A stretch of DNA of 53,613 nucleotides. It comes from Octopus sinensis (lineage: Eukaryota). Position 1 is the first letter of the stretch; each line of letters opens with the position of its first letter. The stretch spans positions 1 through 53,613 of the forward strand of contig NW_021833851.1 of assembly GCF_006345805.1 (NCBI RefSeq), in the 5' to 3' direction. The position numbers were made by a program, and so were the translations under genes. This document shows positions 39,305 through 52,105 of the stretch, one piece after another. Below the pieces are notes generated by a model that saw only the letters and a program-made list of their open reading frames with translations, was not told where the DNA came from and did no database searches.

Positions 39305-40173
39305 TATTATCTTTGCACATATTCTAATGCTGGAGATGTCGGCTGCTCACGACCAGTGAACTGAGGCAACACCCCTTAATTTTCGAGCACCTCCCGGAGT
39401 ATTCGAGCTGTTCCAAGCAGTTATCCACCCTTATTACAGCCCTTATTTGTTCCATGTACTTCTCGAGATTTTTACTCACTGTTCTCAGGGATCCGTCAAT
39501 TATTGGTACTACTACCACCTTTTTCATCAACCACTACTGCATTTACTCCCAAGTTAAATTGTCATATCTATCGACTTTCTTCGTTATAGCATACCTTGTT
39601 GTCAGCTGGGCATGCTATATCTAGGGCCGAGCATAATTTGCTTTCTTTCTCAATTAAGACTATGTCTAACTTCCTATTCTCATGGTCGCACTGAATCATA
39701 AAATCCCACAGGATCTTTGCGTTATCATTTTCGATGATGCCTTCGGGTTTGTGGTCGTATCAATTCTTTGCTCTGTCAAGTCCATACTTATTGCAAAGTG
39801 ACCAATGGACACTTTGTCATGACGTCTCTTATATTCCTTCTGGGCTTGTGGCGTATATTGGCTGGTAATATGCCATACAGTTTCCCCATTTTGCCCACAG
39901 ATTCTGCACTTGCCACTATGTGTTGTCTATTCTGTATTTTATGTAGTTTGTTCTTAGTGCTTGCTCTTGGGCAGCACAGATTAGAGCCTCTCGTTTCCGG
40001 TTTTAAATCAGTTTTAGTCATCCACAGCCATCGTTTTTCTCTGTCTGTCTTATCTTCAACATCCCTATGAAGTTGTCCATGCATTCCTTTCTTTACCCAC
40101 CTATTTTCAGGTTTCATTCGTTTTCAATTGCTTGTACAGTGCTTTATCTTTGCAATCTCTCATTATAGGATGA
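39305..40173 (-). mobile_element. 5'-truncated Dong/R4-clade LINE (CCHC + restriction-like endonuclease), decayed
   Basis: WVKKGMHGQLHRD...WLWMTKTDLKPET..LICAAQEQALRTN...KRRHD...IENDNAKILWDFMIQCDH..KLDIVLI..LDIACPAD...KKVVVVPII.GSL across frameshifts. Confidence 0.9.
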
Positions 40174-40200
40174 ATTATTATTATTATTATTATTATTATT

Positions 40201-40533
40201 CAGTAGTTTTATTTTTATAGCGTGCTTTCACTTCACTACCGAGCGCAGCTCTGTGTGCCTTGGGTATGTGCTGTGATTTGTTGTGATGCTCTGATGGTTA
40301 TTGTATGGAAAGTGTTCTGCGTAGGATGTGTGCAGTACCTAGTAGTGCAATTTTCTGTATGTTATATGTGTTTGTAAGTCCTGGTGTTTTTGTTATGTAT
40401 TTGTCTGAATATTTTTTTATCATGCCTAATGCACCTACTATGATAGGAATTGTTTCTGTTTTCAGGTTCCACATTCTAGTTACCTCTATTTTCAGGTCTT
40501 TGTATCTTGAGAGTTTCTCCAAATTTCCAAGTT
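40201..40533 (-). mobile_element. Second 5'-truncated Dong/R4 LINE (different subfamily), RLE C-terminus + 3' UTR
   Basis: LEKLSRYKDLKIEVTRMWNLKTETIPIIVGALGMIKK...IQKIALLGTAHILRRTLSIQ* (stop 40298-40300). (ATT)n at 40174-40200; (CTT)n(ATT)n at about 40534-40588. Confidence 0.92.
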
Positions 40534-40701
40534 TCTTCTTCTTCTTCTTCTTCTTATTATTATTATTATTATGATTATTATTATTATTACCAGGCTGCTT
40601 TACAATTTTCAAAGTGTCTACCACTGTTGTTTAAAACAATATACACAAACGCATACACACACATACGCATGCACGCACGCATAAACGCAGACAAGCAGTT
40701 G

Positions 40702-40785
<84 letters not shown>

Positions 40786-41456
40786 ATATATATATTTATG
40801 AAAAATGATATGATATGATATGAAAATTAGAATTTTGAACTCACGACTGAAACTAGGCACAAAAACAATGATGAACATAATTCAATGAAAAACAACATAA
40901 CTGAAATTATCAACGACAAGAAGAAGAGCAATATCAAAAAGAAAAAAAAAAGAAATCAGAAGAAGAAATTTGCCAGTGACTACAAGCATGGCGAATAGTC
41001 CCCAGCTTTGTAGAAAAACAATACAGTAAAACAAAAGGCTATGAACTATAAAACAAACAAAATAAAAGTGCTTGTACATTCTTAATTAAGACTCTGTCGA
41101 CTTTTACAGTTCGTTATGACGTGTTTGATCTTTCCCTCAGATGCTGCGTTTGAGCTAATTATTTGCCTGCCTATGGTGCAACAGGTGTTTGCAACAGGTA
41201 GTAAAGTGTGTTAGCAAAAGGTTATAGAGATGGAGGACGATAAGTTTCAATAGAAACCGGTTCTGGTAACGTCTACCAGATATGAATGATAGCTCGACGG
41301 CTGGATATAGTATTAGTGTTAAAATTATTTTGATAGGTATATAGAATGCAGCTGACGGGAAAATAGAAAAATAATTTCTATATAACTTCATAGTAAAGAA
41401 TTTGTTTAGACACATACGTATATATATGTATATATATGTGTGTGTATGTGTGTATA

Positions 41457-41510
<54 letters not shown>

Positions 41511-41535
41511 TATATATATATATATAATATATATA

Positions 41536-41566
<31 letters not shown>

Positions 41567-41568
<2 letters not shown>

Positions 41569-41689
41569 AAGTATAATACCCATCTCAATATGGCTAACCA
41601 CAAAAGGTGGTCAGCCATATTGAGATGGCTATTATACTTTACGTTGTCGAGCGGTTACTGTTTACATCTCGTTCAGAGATTTATTATTG

Positions 41690-41690
<1 letters not shown>
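41567..41690. repeat. Short fold-back insertion between (TA)n tracts
   Basis: 35-bp arms 41567-41601 / 41607-41641 with 2 mismatches and a 5-nt loop aaaag, then about 50 nt to the next (TA)n. Confidence 0.85.
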
Positions 41691-41730
<40 letters not shown>

Positions 41731-41740
41731 CATACATATA

Positions 41741-41797
<57 letters not shown>

Positions 41798-42369
41798 CAG
41801 TTTATGGATAAATGCCTAGGGAGAGAGAAATTATGTAGAAATTAAAGTTTAGATAGGGGTCTTTAAAATGTAGCCTTCAAACCTTGTTTTGTGAATGTCT
41901 CTAGTTCTATGCCTTGAGAGCAGGTTCACCACCAATAGCCACCAGTCGCCATCCATGGTACTGCACTTTAGTTGCAGAATCTCCGTATGGAATTGATCCG
42001 AGAACTGTTAGTATATTTTAAATACTTGATTGGGAAGATAGTGTGTATTGTAAACTTGATTTAGCACGATAATCATTTCGGCATATAATTGTGGATGGGA
42101 AACGATATGATTAACTCGAATGCAGAATTGCAGAAGAAACGTCATCAGGTTACATAGAGCGTTAATGTGTTATAATATCACAGCATAGACACTGTTTGTG
42201 GGAGGATCTTGCTAGTATGGTGCGTGCCTATATTATATATATATATATATATAATATATATATAGTTATATTTCGGAATGGTCATATTGCCAGTTTAGCC
42301 AATAAAAACACACGCACTATATATTTGGTGTTATTTTGCTTCAGTGTTATTTATTTTTTACATTAATCT

Positions 42370-42424
42370 TAATCTTATTTCGGCCAGAGTTCTTTTGTCA
42401 CACTCCTGTGACCGCATCAGTGGT
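42370..42424 (-). ncRNA. Degenerate hammerhead-like motif
   Basis: Minus strand CUGAUGC (A9 changed) GGUCA...UGGCC GAAA; stem II is 5 bp with one G-U; stems I and III are not convincingly formed. Confidence 0.3.
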
Positions 42425-45130
42425 CCTTTGTTTTCTTCTTTCTTATTTGTGTCTCTCCTTACTATCCGTCAGTCATTTTGTATTTCTATTGTATGTCTTC
42501 ATTTGCGCATATATATTTATATGTGTGTGTGTGTGTATAGTATGTATATGTGTATACATATATACGCATACGTACATACATACATATATACATATACACA
42601 CACCCATATGTATATATGTATATATATACACATACACACACACGCATATATATATATATATATATATATGCATATATGTGTGTGTGTATGTGTAAATATA
42701 CACGCAAACGCACATACACACTACACACATACACACAGGCACTTTCCTTAAGGAAATATGAAAGAAAAGTGAAACGTCTTGTGCACACATGAAAATAAAT
42801 ATTCATTTATAGGAGCGAAGACTGCTCAAAATGTATAAAGATAAATGAAACACATTTCATATTGTAATATTGTAACTAGCAATGCCCTCCGGTAGGTGGC
42901 ATTCATCACATTTCTATTTCAAATACTACTCACGTCTCATTAACTATTCATGAAAAAATCTTACTTATACAAAATTTCAGTACCACTAGTTTTCGTTTTT
43001 CTTTTCTTCATTTTCCTTCGTATTTTTTTTTTGTCTTTTCTTTCTGTTTCAGGTTTTCTTATTCTTTTATTTTTCCATCTCTCGTTTTCAATTCACCCAT
43101 GTACCGTATGTTTGTTTCGTAATACAAAGCATGTAAAGATAATTTCTGTTATCATCTTTGATAATATATAAATTACTTACGTGTCTACATTAACACAAAC
43201 AATTAAATTTATATCCTACTTTTCGTTTCCTCTTTTATTGTAATATAAATTGTATGCTTTCTCAAATGATACGTTAACGGGCTTTTTAATGAGTACCACC
43301 GTATCAATTGCATCCACATATTTTGACTTAATTTTACCCATATTTATATATATAAAGAATTAAATGTAGACTTACCTTGTATTCAATGTTTCGGGGTTAT
43401 GGCACCATTTTCTTGAAAATATACTCTATACGATGCTTCGTAGTAATTATTCCTTATGTAATTCCTGATGAGGAATTTAATTTGTATTTCATGAAGAGAT
43501 TTTCGTCTTTGTCTTTGGAATTCATTAGACTCCAAAACAATTTATAGAATTATATTGGTTCTGTACCAAATTGGACTTGAATTGAATTGGATTAAAATTC
43601 TTCTGCACTTACAATTCTCATACTCCTTTTACTGTTTTTTCAAGTACAGAATGTTGACATCTCTTTCAATGATTTCCGTCTTCATCTCTTTATATTCTTC
43701 ATCAGGAATTACATGGGGAATTACATATTGGTATGAATGATTACGACCAACAAAAGTATACGAAGACCTTTCGTAGCCCACACGTGAACAAATAAATGAG
43801 AGATGACAAGAAGCTGGATAGTGATAGCCATGACTGAGAGGGTGAGGGAAAGTAATGACAGTTTGAGAAAGAAGAACGCGGAATATCTTCTGTTCTCAAC
43901 ATATGAATGAGAAATGAAAGGGCGAATAAAATAAAAGACAGCCATTCAGCTCTGTGTGACTATGTGTATATAGGTGTGCATATGGAAAAGGAAGGTCTGT
44001 GAGTGTGTGTGTATTTGTGTACGCGTCTGTGTGTGTGAGTGTGAGTGTGCGTAATGGAAACGTTTCCATTAAGCACGCATGGAAACGTACAACCCTGAAA
44101 ATAAAAACTGAGGTCATTCCAATTTTCTTTGTGCATGTGTGTGATTGGGAAATATTTGAATGCTTGTATCTGTGAGTGTTCTGAACTTCATTTGGTATTT
44201 TGTTTAAATAAATAGCCATCAATTATAAAGGGCACGGGGTCAGCTAATGAATAACTATAGACATAACAAAACTGTAATATGATAATTAAATGAATTAAAT
44301 GTAAAAATCCACCGTCTCACAAACACAGATGGACCAAAATTAAAATTCTCACAATATCTTAAAAATTAAATTTTAAAAATCTAGATGAACCAACTACAGT
44401 AGTACAAAAAGCAAAGTGTGGAACTGAAATAATCAAACTCTCGAAGACCACTAAACCATCTAATGAAACATCTATGATAGACAACCTTATTAAAAATTTT
44501 AAACACACATTTATTCTTTTCAACACAGAAAAAATGCCTTTTAGATTTAATGTTTAAAAGCCTTCTACTAGAAAATAGAATAAAAAAATAATTTCTCAGA
44601 ACAAAGAGAGCGGAACCTATAACCAATCCTATAAACCGGGGCCATCTCTAAAATGTTCCATTCAATAAAGTACGTTTTATTATCTATAAGATTCCGGTTG
44701 AAACTATTAAGACTAGTAGATTTCTATTCCTGAAAGGAATGGTAATGATTCAAAACCCTTTTCTTAATATAATCAGCTGAAAAACCTACATAAAATTATG
44801 CATTGCATTCAGAAATAATTTTAGATTCATTGATACCCTCTCCATCTACACCCCACTCACACTTGCACTGACCACTTCCCTGCACACACACTACACATCA
44901 TCATCAGCACGCCCACACATCCACACATTACAGACGCACACACTTACGCACACACCCACACGTCAAAGTCACGAGCTCCTATCCACACACACAAACACAC
45001 ACACACATGCACATTCACATTCTTACATATACACACACGCACGAGCACCTTCTTTTTGGGATTACCAAACATTATTATCTCCCCTTCTTTCTACCTCTCT
45101 TCTCAAAGCGCATTTCCCAACCAGCCACCA

Positions 45131-45422
45131 TGACAGATCGCTAAATCCATGAGTTTTTTTTATTATTCTCTCTCTGAAGTGTCTAGGCTCGAAACGTCTT
45201 TTGTTTTTCTATAAATTTCAGCTATATATATATATAGGGGGAGAATTCACAAAAAAATATAAAAGAAGACAGGTGGTGTAGACAACAAACTGATGTATTA
45301 GTTTAACGCTCGGGAAGTGAAAAAGTCTTTTCGAACTTACGCTCTCCCACAGAAAGGAACACAGAAAGAAAAAAAGGACAAAGAGAGAAAATAAACAATG
45401 TGTAGTGGCTAGCGATCTATCA
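45131..45422. mobile_element. Tail-to-tail inverted pair of a short repeat with degenerate hammerhead cores around a (TA)n tract
   Basis: Plus copy 45131-45222 (tgacagatcgcta...ctgaagtgtctaggctcgaaacgtc). Minus copy 45237-45422 (tgatagatcgcta...ctgtgggagagcgtaagttcgaaa). Confidence 0.55.
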
Positions 45423-45459
45423 CTTAAATATGTGTATATGTATGTATATATACATATAC

Positions 45460-45680
45460 ACATATTTGTGTGTCTGTGTTTGTCAACCGTCGCTTGACAA
45501 CCGGTGTTAGTATACTTACGCACTCTTAACTTCACGGTTCGGTGAAAGGAACCGATAGAATAAGTACTATGCTTACAAAAAATATGTCGGTGGGCAATTC
45601 GTCTGACTAAAGGCGTTACTCCCGAATAGTCTCCGTCAAATGACTAAAACAACTAAACGACTAAAAAGAAAGAATAAAGG
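45460..45680 (+). mobile_element. SINE family A 3' half
   Basis: gtctgtgtttgtc...cgcttgacaaccggtgtt...ggttcggtgaaaggaaccgatagaataagtactatgcttacaaa...gactaaaggcg...aaatgactaaaac. Confidence 0.85.
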
Positions 45681-46216
45681 AATATATGTATGTATATACA
45701 TATACAAACATATCTATATATATATGTATATATATTCACACACATACACACATAAACACACACACACACAAACACGTATATATATGTTCATGCTCATGCG
45801 CGTGGGTATATATAGGACTTGCACGTATGGAACGTCGTAGAAAAGCATCACCACAAGACCTAGAATTTGTTTATGTCTACGTGTATGGGCGTTATGACCA
45901 ACATGAGTAAACTTTAACTAATTAAAACACTTTGTTTATGAGAAGCCGTATCTACGCAGCAACCGAGGTCCTTGGAGATTTTATTGAATAACCTATTGGT
46001 ATGTGATGTGTAGATACGAATATGTGTACCTCACTCGATAAAACTATAATGATTTATCCAATAAATATGTTTGTTGTCTTTCAATTAAAATTTTGTTCCC
46101 AAATAGCTGACGGCGCGCCATGAATATAACTGTAAATGTGTATGTGTGTGTTTGTGCGTGCGAGTTTGTGTGTAAGTGACTGTGTGTATGTGTAATATAT
46201 ATATATATTATGAATA

Positions 46217-46262
<46 letters not shown>

Positions 46263-46299
46263 ATACATACAAACGTACATATATATATATATATTATAC

Positions 46300-46332
<33 letters not shown>

Positions 46333-46514
46333 CATATATATATATGTACATGTATATATATACATATAATATATGTATATATACGTACATGTATATATAT
46401 ACATATATATATGTATATATATATTATATACATATATATACGTACATGTATATATATACATATATATATGTATATATATACATATATATACGTACATGTA
46501 TATATATACATATA

Positions 46515-46577
<63 letters not shown>

Positions 46578-47413
46578 CTATATATAGTACATATAATGAC
46601 ATACATTTAGATGTATACATATGTACGTGTTTCTGTGTGTGTGCAAGTGTGTTCTTGTGTGTGTCACTTTATAGGAATAGGTCTACAGGGCTGTTTACGT
46701 CAGTGCGTATTTTACATCGGTTTGTGTGTTTCTGTATTGCGATTAACGCTTTTGTTTTCAATACACTTCTTACAGTCTGACCGCTTATAACTGGCATTTA
46801 TTTCAAAGGCTAAATTCTAAACGATGGAGGAAAAAAAAATGCATGACACAAAGAACAAAGACAAATAATTGTTTTCTTAAAAAAAAAAAATACAACTTCT
46901 AAACGGATTGTTTTACATATTTCCAGTTCATTGTTAATAAAAAGATCAGACTTGAAATGAACTCTTTTGAATTAAAATGTACTTAAATATATTAAAAATA
47001 AACACACACACACCAAAACCATCGAGTGAGCGCTGCAATAAAGGAACTACCACATTAGTTATCTTAAAATAGTTGTGAGACTTTAAAATGGAGGGAAAAG
47101 TAAAATATCCAGCGAACGGGACAATATCAAAGATATAGACTTCACTGATTTACATGATTTTGTGTTCCTTCTTTGTTTTTGTTAAAACACTTATGACAAT
47201 ATATCCGTTAAGACTCCATAATGGTCTAAATGCTATTTATTGTCGATTGACGTAGATTGCATTTTAATGGCATTTTATTCTCTTACACGCAAACGTACAC
47301 ACACACATAGGCATTCACGCACATAGACAGACACAAACATACACGCACACATACGCACATATGCAAACGCTTGACACTCCCAACCAGAAAGTCACATACA
47401 CAGACACACACAT

Positions 47414-47445
<32 letters not shown>

Positions 47446-47574
47446 GTTATATACACATGCATGTATAAATATGTGTGTGTGTATATAATATACCTGTACA
47501 TATATATAAATATAAAGATAAATATAAATATAAAAACATACGCATGCACACACACGCAAATATAAATATTATAT

Positions 47575-47608
<34 letters not shown>

Positions 47609-47652
47609 CATACATATATATACATATATATATAATATATATACATATATAT

Positions 47653-47740
<88 letters not shown>

Positions 47741-48079
47741 CACATACGTAGGTATGTATATATTTAATTTGTATAGTGTGTGCGGCTGTGAATGTGTGCG
47801 TTCGTTTACTTTATCAAATAACATCTATTTAAAGAAAGCCACGGAAAATAGTTGAAAGCCTAACGTTCTGATATCAGATATTTTAATCTCGTATGTTAAG
47901 TTCCAAATATATTCTCTTTGTTGAAATATCGCAGGAGAAGGAAATAATAACTTTTTTCCATTTATTTTCAGAAGAGTGAAAGAAAAAAATATATAAATTT
48001 CTTTTATTATTTCATAAACATTCACGTAAATGCAGATTTAGCGGGGGAATTTGTGCATGCCTTTTTTTGTTGTGATTAA

Positions 48080-48282
48080 TGTAGTTGTTGTTGTTGTTGT
48101 TGTTGTCCTTCTTCTTCTTCTTCTTCTTCTTCTTCTTCTTCTTCTTCTTCTTCTTCTTCTTCTTCTTCTTCTTCTTCTTCTTCTTCTTCTTCTCTTCTTC
48201 TTCTTCTTCTTCTTCTTCTTCTTTTTCTTCTTCTTCTTCTTTTTTCTTTTCTTCTTCTTCTTCTTCTTCTTCTTCTTCTTCT

Positions 48283-48322
<40 letters not shown>

Positions 48323-48359
48323 CATCACCACCACCACCACCACAACCACAACCACCACC

Positions 48360-48449
<90 letters not shown>

Positions 48450-48450
48450 C
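48080..48450. repeat. In-phase compound trinucleotide array (GTT)n-(CTT)n-(CTA)n-(CCA)n-(CTA)n
   Basis: Seen directly; explains three homopolymeric ORFs. Confidence 0.97.
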
Positions 48451-48667
48451 TTTTTATTTTCCCTTCTCTGCCTGTGTTATTAATCCTTCTTTGACCCATA
48501 TTACTCTCAGAACCGGTCAGTGACGAACTCTCTTAAGATTTCTCTGTAATCATCAGTGTATTGTGTCATATTGTAATGCCTTTCAAAAGGAGAACTGAAG
48601 TGTTTAATCCTTGCTGGTCAGCCGACAACGTAGACCATTCATTGAATGTCGACATAGTAATAAAATA

Positions 48668-48917
48668 AATACGCCCTTTTAAATCCTAGGCAGGCTCATG
48701 GGCCCCGTTTCCGGGTTTCTAAGGCGTAGGTGTTACCCAGCTGGACGGGACGCCAGTCCATCTCAGCGTTACTCATTTTTGCCTGCTGAATGGACTGGAG
48801 CAACGTGAAATGAAGCACTTTGCTGAAGAACACAACGCGTCGCCTGGTCCAGGAATCGAAATCACAATATTAGGACCATGGTGTTGACACCTTAACCATT
48901 AAGCCACGCGCCTCCAC
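48668..48917 (-). mobile_element. tRNA-derived SINE sharing the family C head, with a different 3' tail
   Basis: Minus strand gcgcgtggcttaatggttaagg...tttcgattcc...ggcgacgcgttgtgttcttcagcaaag...catttcacgttgctccagtcca..cagcaggcaaaaatgagt matches 52111-52245, then diverges. Confidence 0.85.
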
Positions 48918-48989
48918 TTTCACAGTAATAATAAGACAATTTTAAGGGTACATCTGCGTTGCGTACAGTGATAGCCGTTATACATGTTG

Positions 48990-49215
48990 ATTGGTTAAAG
49001 CGGTGAGCTTAGAGAAACCTTAGCACGCCAGGCGAAATGCTTAGCAGTATTTTGCCAGTCGATACGTCCTGTGTTCAAATTCGGCTGATGTCGGATTTGC
49101 CTTTCATCCTTTCGACGTGGATAAATTAAGTACCAGTTGCATACTGAGGTCGATGTAATCGACTTAATCTCCTCCCCCAAATTTGAGGCTTTGTCCTTCC
49201 AGTAGAAAGGATTAT
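48990..49215 (+). mobile_element. SINE family B copy
   Basis: ggtgagct..agaaaccttagcacgccaggcgaaatgcttagc...gttcaaattc...cctttcatcctttcg...taagtaccagttgc...gtcgatgtaatcgact. Confidence 0.88.
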
Positions 49216-49283
49216 ACGTGTTTATTGCTCGGTTGGTTGGTTGGATTCCATTGGCTCAAGTTACATCGTACTGTGTGGTGGTG

Positions 49284-49321
<38 letters not shown>

Positions 49322-49479
49322 CGTAGATGATAGATATAGAGGCAGTAAAAAATAAAAGATGCAGTAAGAGTGTAGATATTAGGTTTGGGTGCAAGCGATG
49401 ATTAAAGAAAGACGTCATAGAATACGTGAGGTAGAATTAGAGACACAGAGAAGAAGGAGCATATTACAGGGTAGATAAC

Positions 49480-49690
49480 GGTGGTGAGCTGGCAGAAACA
49501 TTAGTACGCCGGGTTTAGTGGTCTTTTTGTCCATCTTAACACTCTGAATACAAATTACAATGAGGTTGACTTTGCCTTTCATCTTTTTGGGTTCGATAAA
49601 ATAAGTTCCAGTCGTGCACTGGGGTTGATGCGATCACCTTTCCCCTTCCCACGAAATTGCTGGCCTTGTAACAAAATTTGAAGACATTTA
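49480..49690 (+). mobile_element. SINE family B copy with 5' internal deletion
   Basis: ggtggtgagctggcagaaacattagtacgccggg...gagtgttaagatg-like junction...gactttgcctttcatc...aataagttccagt...ctggggttgat...aaattgctggccttgt. Confidence 0.75.
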
Positions 49691-50864
49691 ACAGGGTAGG
49701 TATAGAAGAAGTGTACAAGTATGTTATTTAATCTACTTAATTGTATTCTAGCGTAATAAATAATTTTGATAAAATTTGATAAAATTTAAATTATAATTAT
49801 TGCATTTTGGCACAATTTCCTGGTATTACCAATGAGGCAACGTTTCCCTTCCAATGCTATTCTTCATATGACAGGAAACACGCCAACATTACTGAGCTAA
49901 ACGTCCTATTCAACAAGTAAATTGTGATAAACTGCAAAACTTCGTTCGTAGATAAGATTTCTGATGCTGCTACTCTATTTGCTGTTGCTGGAAGGCATCT
50001 CTCTATATTAGCATTGTTTGTGTAAATTTACGATCAAACTCATTCAACAGTAACTGTTTTATCTTCATTATTTGAGTGGTGTCTATAAATACAGTCAAGA
50101 ACGTGTAATTCCAGTTTTAATGTTAATAGAAGTTGCATGAATGTGAAGTAGATGCTATGCTTATCAATCTGATCGACTTCCTGAAGGCTCTTTAAAAGTC
50201 GGTTTATACAAGTATCTGAAGTTGATTGAAGAGACTCTCATTCTTGCATGTATGGTGTTTTAAAATATAGATGCTATTTTAGGCTCAAGGCCAGCAATTT
50301 TTAAAGGAGTTGTAGGTCGAAATCATTGACCCTTGTACATAACTGTTACTTCATTTTATTAACCTGGAGATCATGTATGTATAGATGCGTGTGTATGTTT
50401 AAAAGCAAGTCTCCCTCCAACAGTATTACAACACTCAACGTTAAATGGCCGTGTGCCAAGATTTGAAAGAATATATAAAAGAATAATGTGTGTATTTACC
50501 AAGTTGTTAGTCATATATCGACACCAAGAGAGCTGGTATTTTACGTCACTCTTTTGCATCAAACTAGCTGATATTTTGTAAGTTGGAACGTCACTTTAAT
50601 AGAGAATGATTTTGAAATCTGATAATCTAAAGGAAAGTGGATAAATAAATGGCCAGATACAGCTGCTAGTTGTATTTATATTCGAGGGTGGTTAATATAA
50701 ATATCTTTACAACCATCAAATTTAAATATCCAATGAAATTAGTGGACGAAGTTAACACTGTATTCTCTAATGGGCATAGATTTATAGAACGGGAGAATGG
50801 CAGGTATGCGCATGCGAATCGCTTGTCATTCTTGATCTAAGTGATATGTGTGTGTGTATGTGTT

Positions 50865-50896
<32 letters not shown>

Positions 50897-51071
50897 TACA
50901 TACATACATACATACATACATACATACATACATAGATATACTTTTATATACACATACATACACACATATACATACATATAAATATATATATATACATAAA
51001 TCTATATACATATCTTTGTATCTCTCCATCCCTCTCTCTCACTCTCTCTCTCTTAATATATACATATATGC

Positions 51072-51102
51072 ATTGACAGGTGTATCTCTACTGCTACTCA
51101 TT

Positions 51103-51134
<32 letters not shown>

Positions 51135-51314
51135 AACACACACGTATAGTTCAAATTTATATATAAAGAAAGATGAAGACAGGTGTAGGAACAGCAAGCA
51201 AGTGCTGTTCCTACACCTATCTTCATCTTTGTTTATATATAAATTTGAACTATGTGTGTGTGTGGTGTGTGTGTGTGTGTGTAAATGAGTACCAGTAGAG
51301 ATACACCTATCAAT
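51072..51314. repeat. Imperfect fold-back of about 240 bp containing a (CA)n/(TG)n tract in each arm
   Basis: Arms 51072-51196 and 51203-51314, 6-nt loop agcaag. Four substitutions and a 2-nt indel outside the microsatellite, plus a microsatellite length difference. Confidence 0.9.
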
Positions 51315-51655
51315 CCATTACGCCGTTTCTTACGACTCCTTTAATTGATTAATGAAAACATCACACCATTATAAGGAAATCGTTTTGGTCAGAAGAATTC
51401 ATGAAATTCAAAACAAAAGACATTGAAAATGATTTAACATTTCGTGGATAATTATCAAGTTTAAAATCCACGGAGCAAAACATTTACAATGATACTGCTA
51501 CAGTGGTTTCAGTTGACAAGTGCCTCATTTTATGTTCCTAGTTTAACTGAAAGTTGTCTGTCTTTTTATTTCATCGTTTTTTCCAGTCAGTTTTCGCATC
51601 GTCTATCTGTACGGATATTTCATTGACCTTAGTTACGTTCTTGCTCCATTTTTAG

Positions 51656-51770
<115 letters not shown>

Positions 51771-52105
51771 TCGTTTTATATATATAAACAAAGGATATTT
51801 GTGTGTGTGTGTAATACGTATGCATTTCTACAGTTTTCAACCGATATTCTCCAAACTTTACACGTGCACTATATCATTTTGCCCAGAGCTCCAGCGTAAT
51901 GCACTACGTTTATTGAAATACACTATTTACATTTCTTCCTCTATTGAAAACCGTTGTGTAATATTTCTTTACGTTTCTTCTTTCACTATTGTGTGTTTTT
52001 GCGCGTTCGATGTGTACGAGATTGTAAAGGACATTTCAATCCACGACGACAACGTCACATATATGCGTGTGTATGTGTCTCTGAGTGTATGTGTGTGGGT
52101 GGGAG

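Noticed and set aside
43457-43716. Short inverted repeat atgtaattcctgatga / tcatcaggaattacat containing CUGAUGA
   Set aside because: 16-bp match only, with no properly placed GAAA/NUH; cannot assign.
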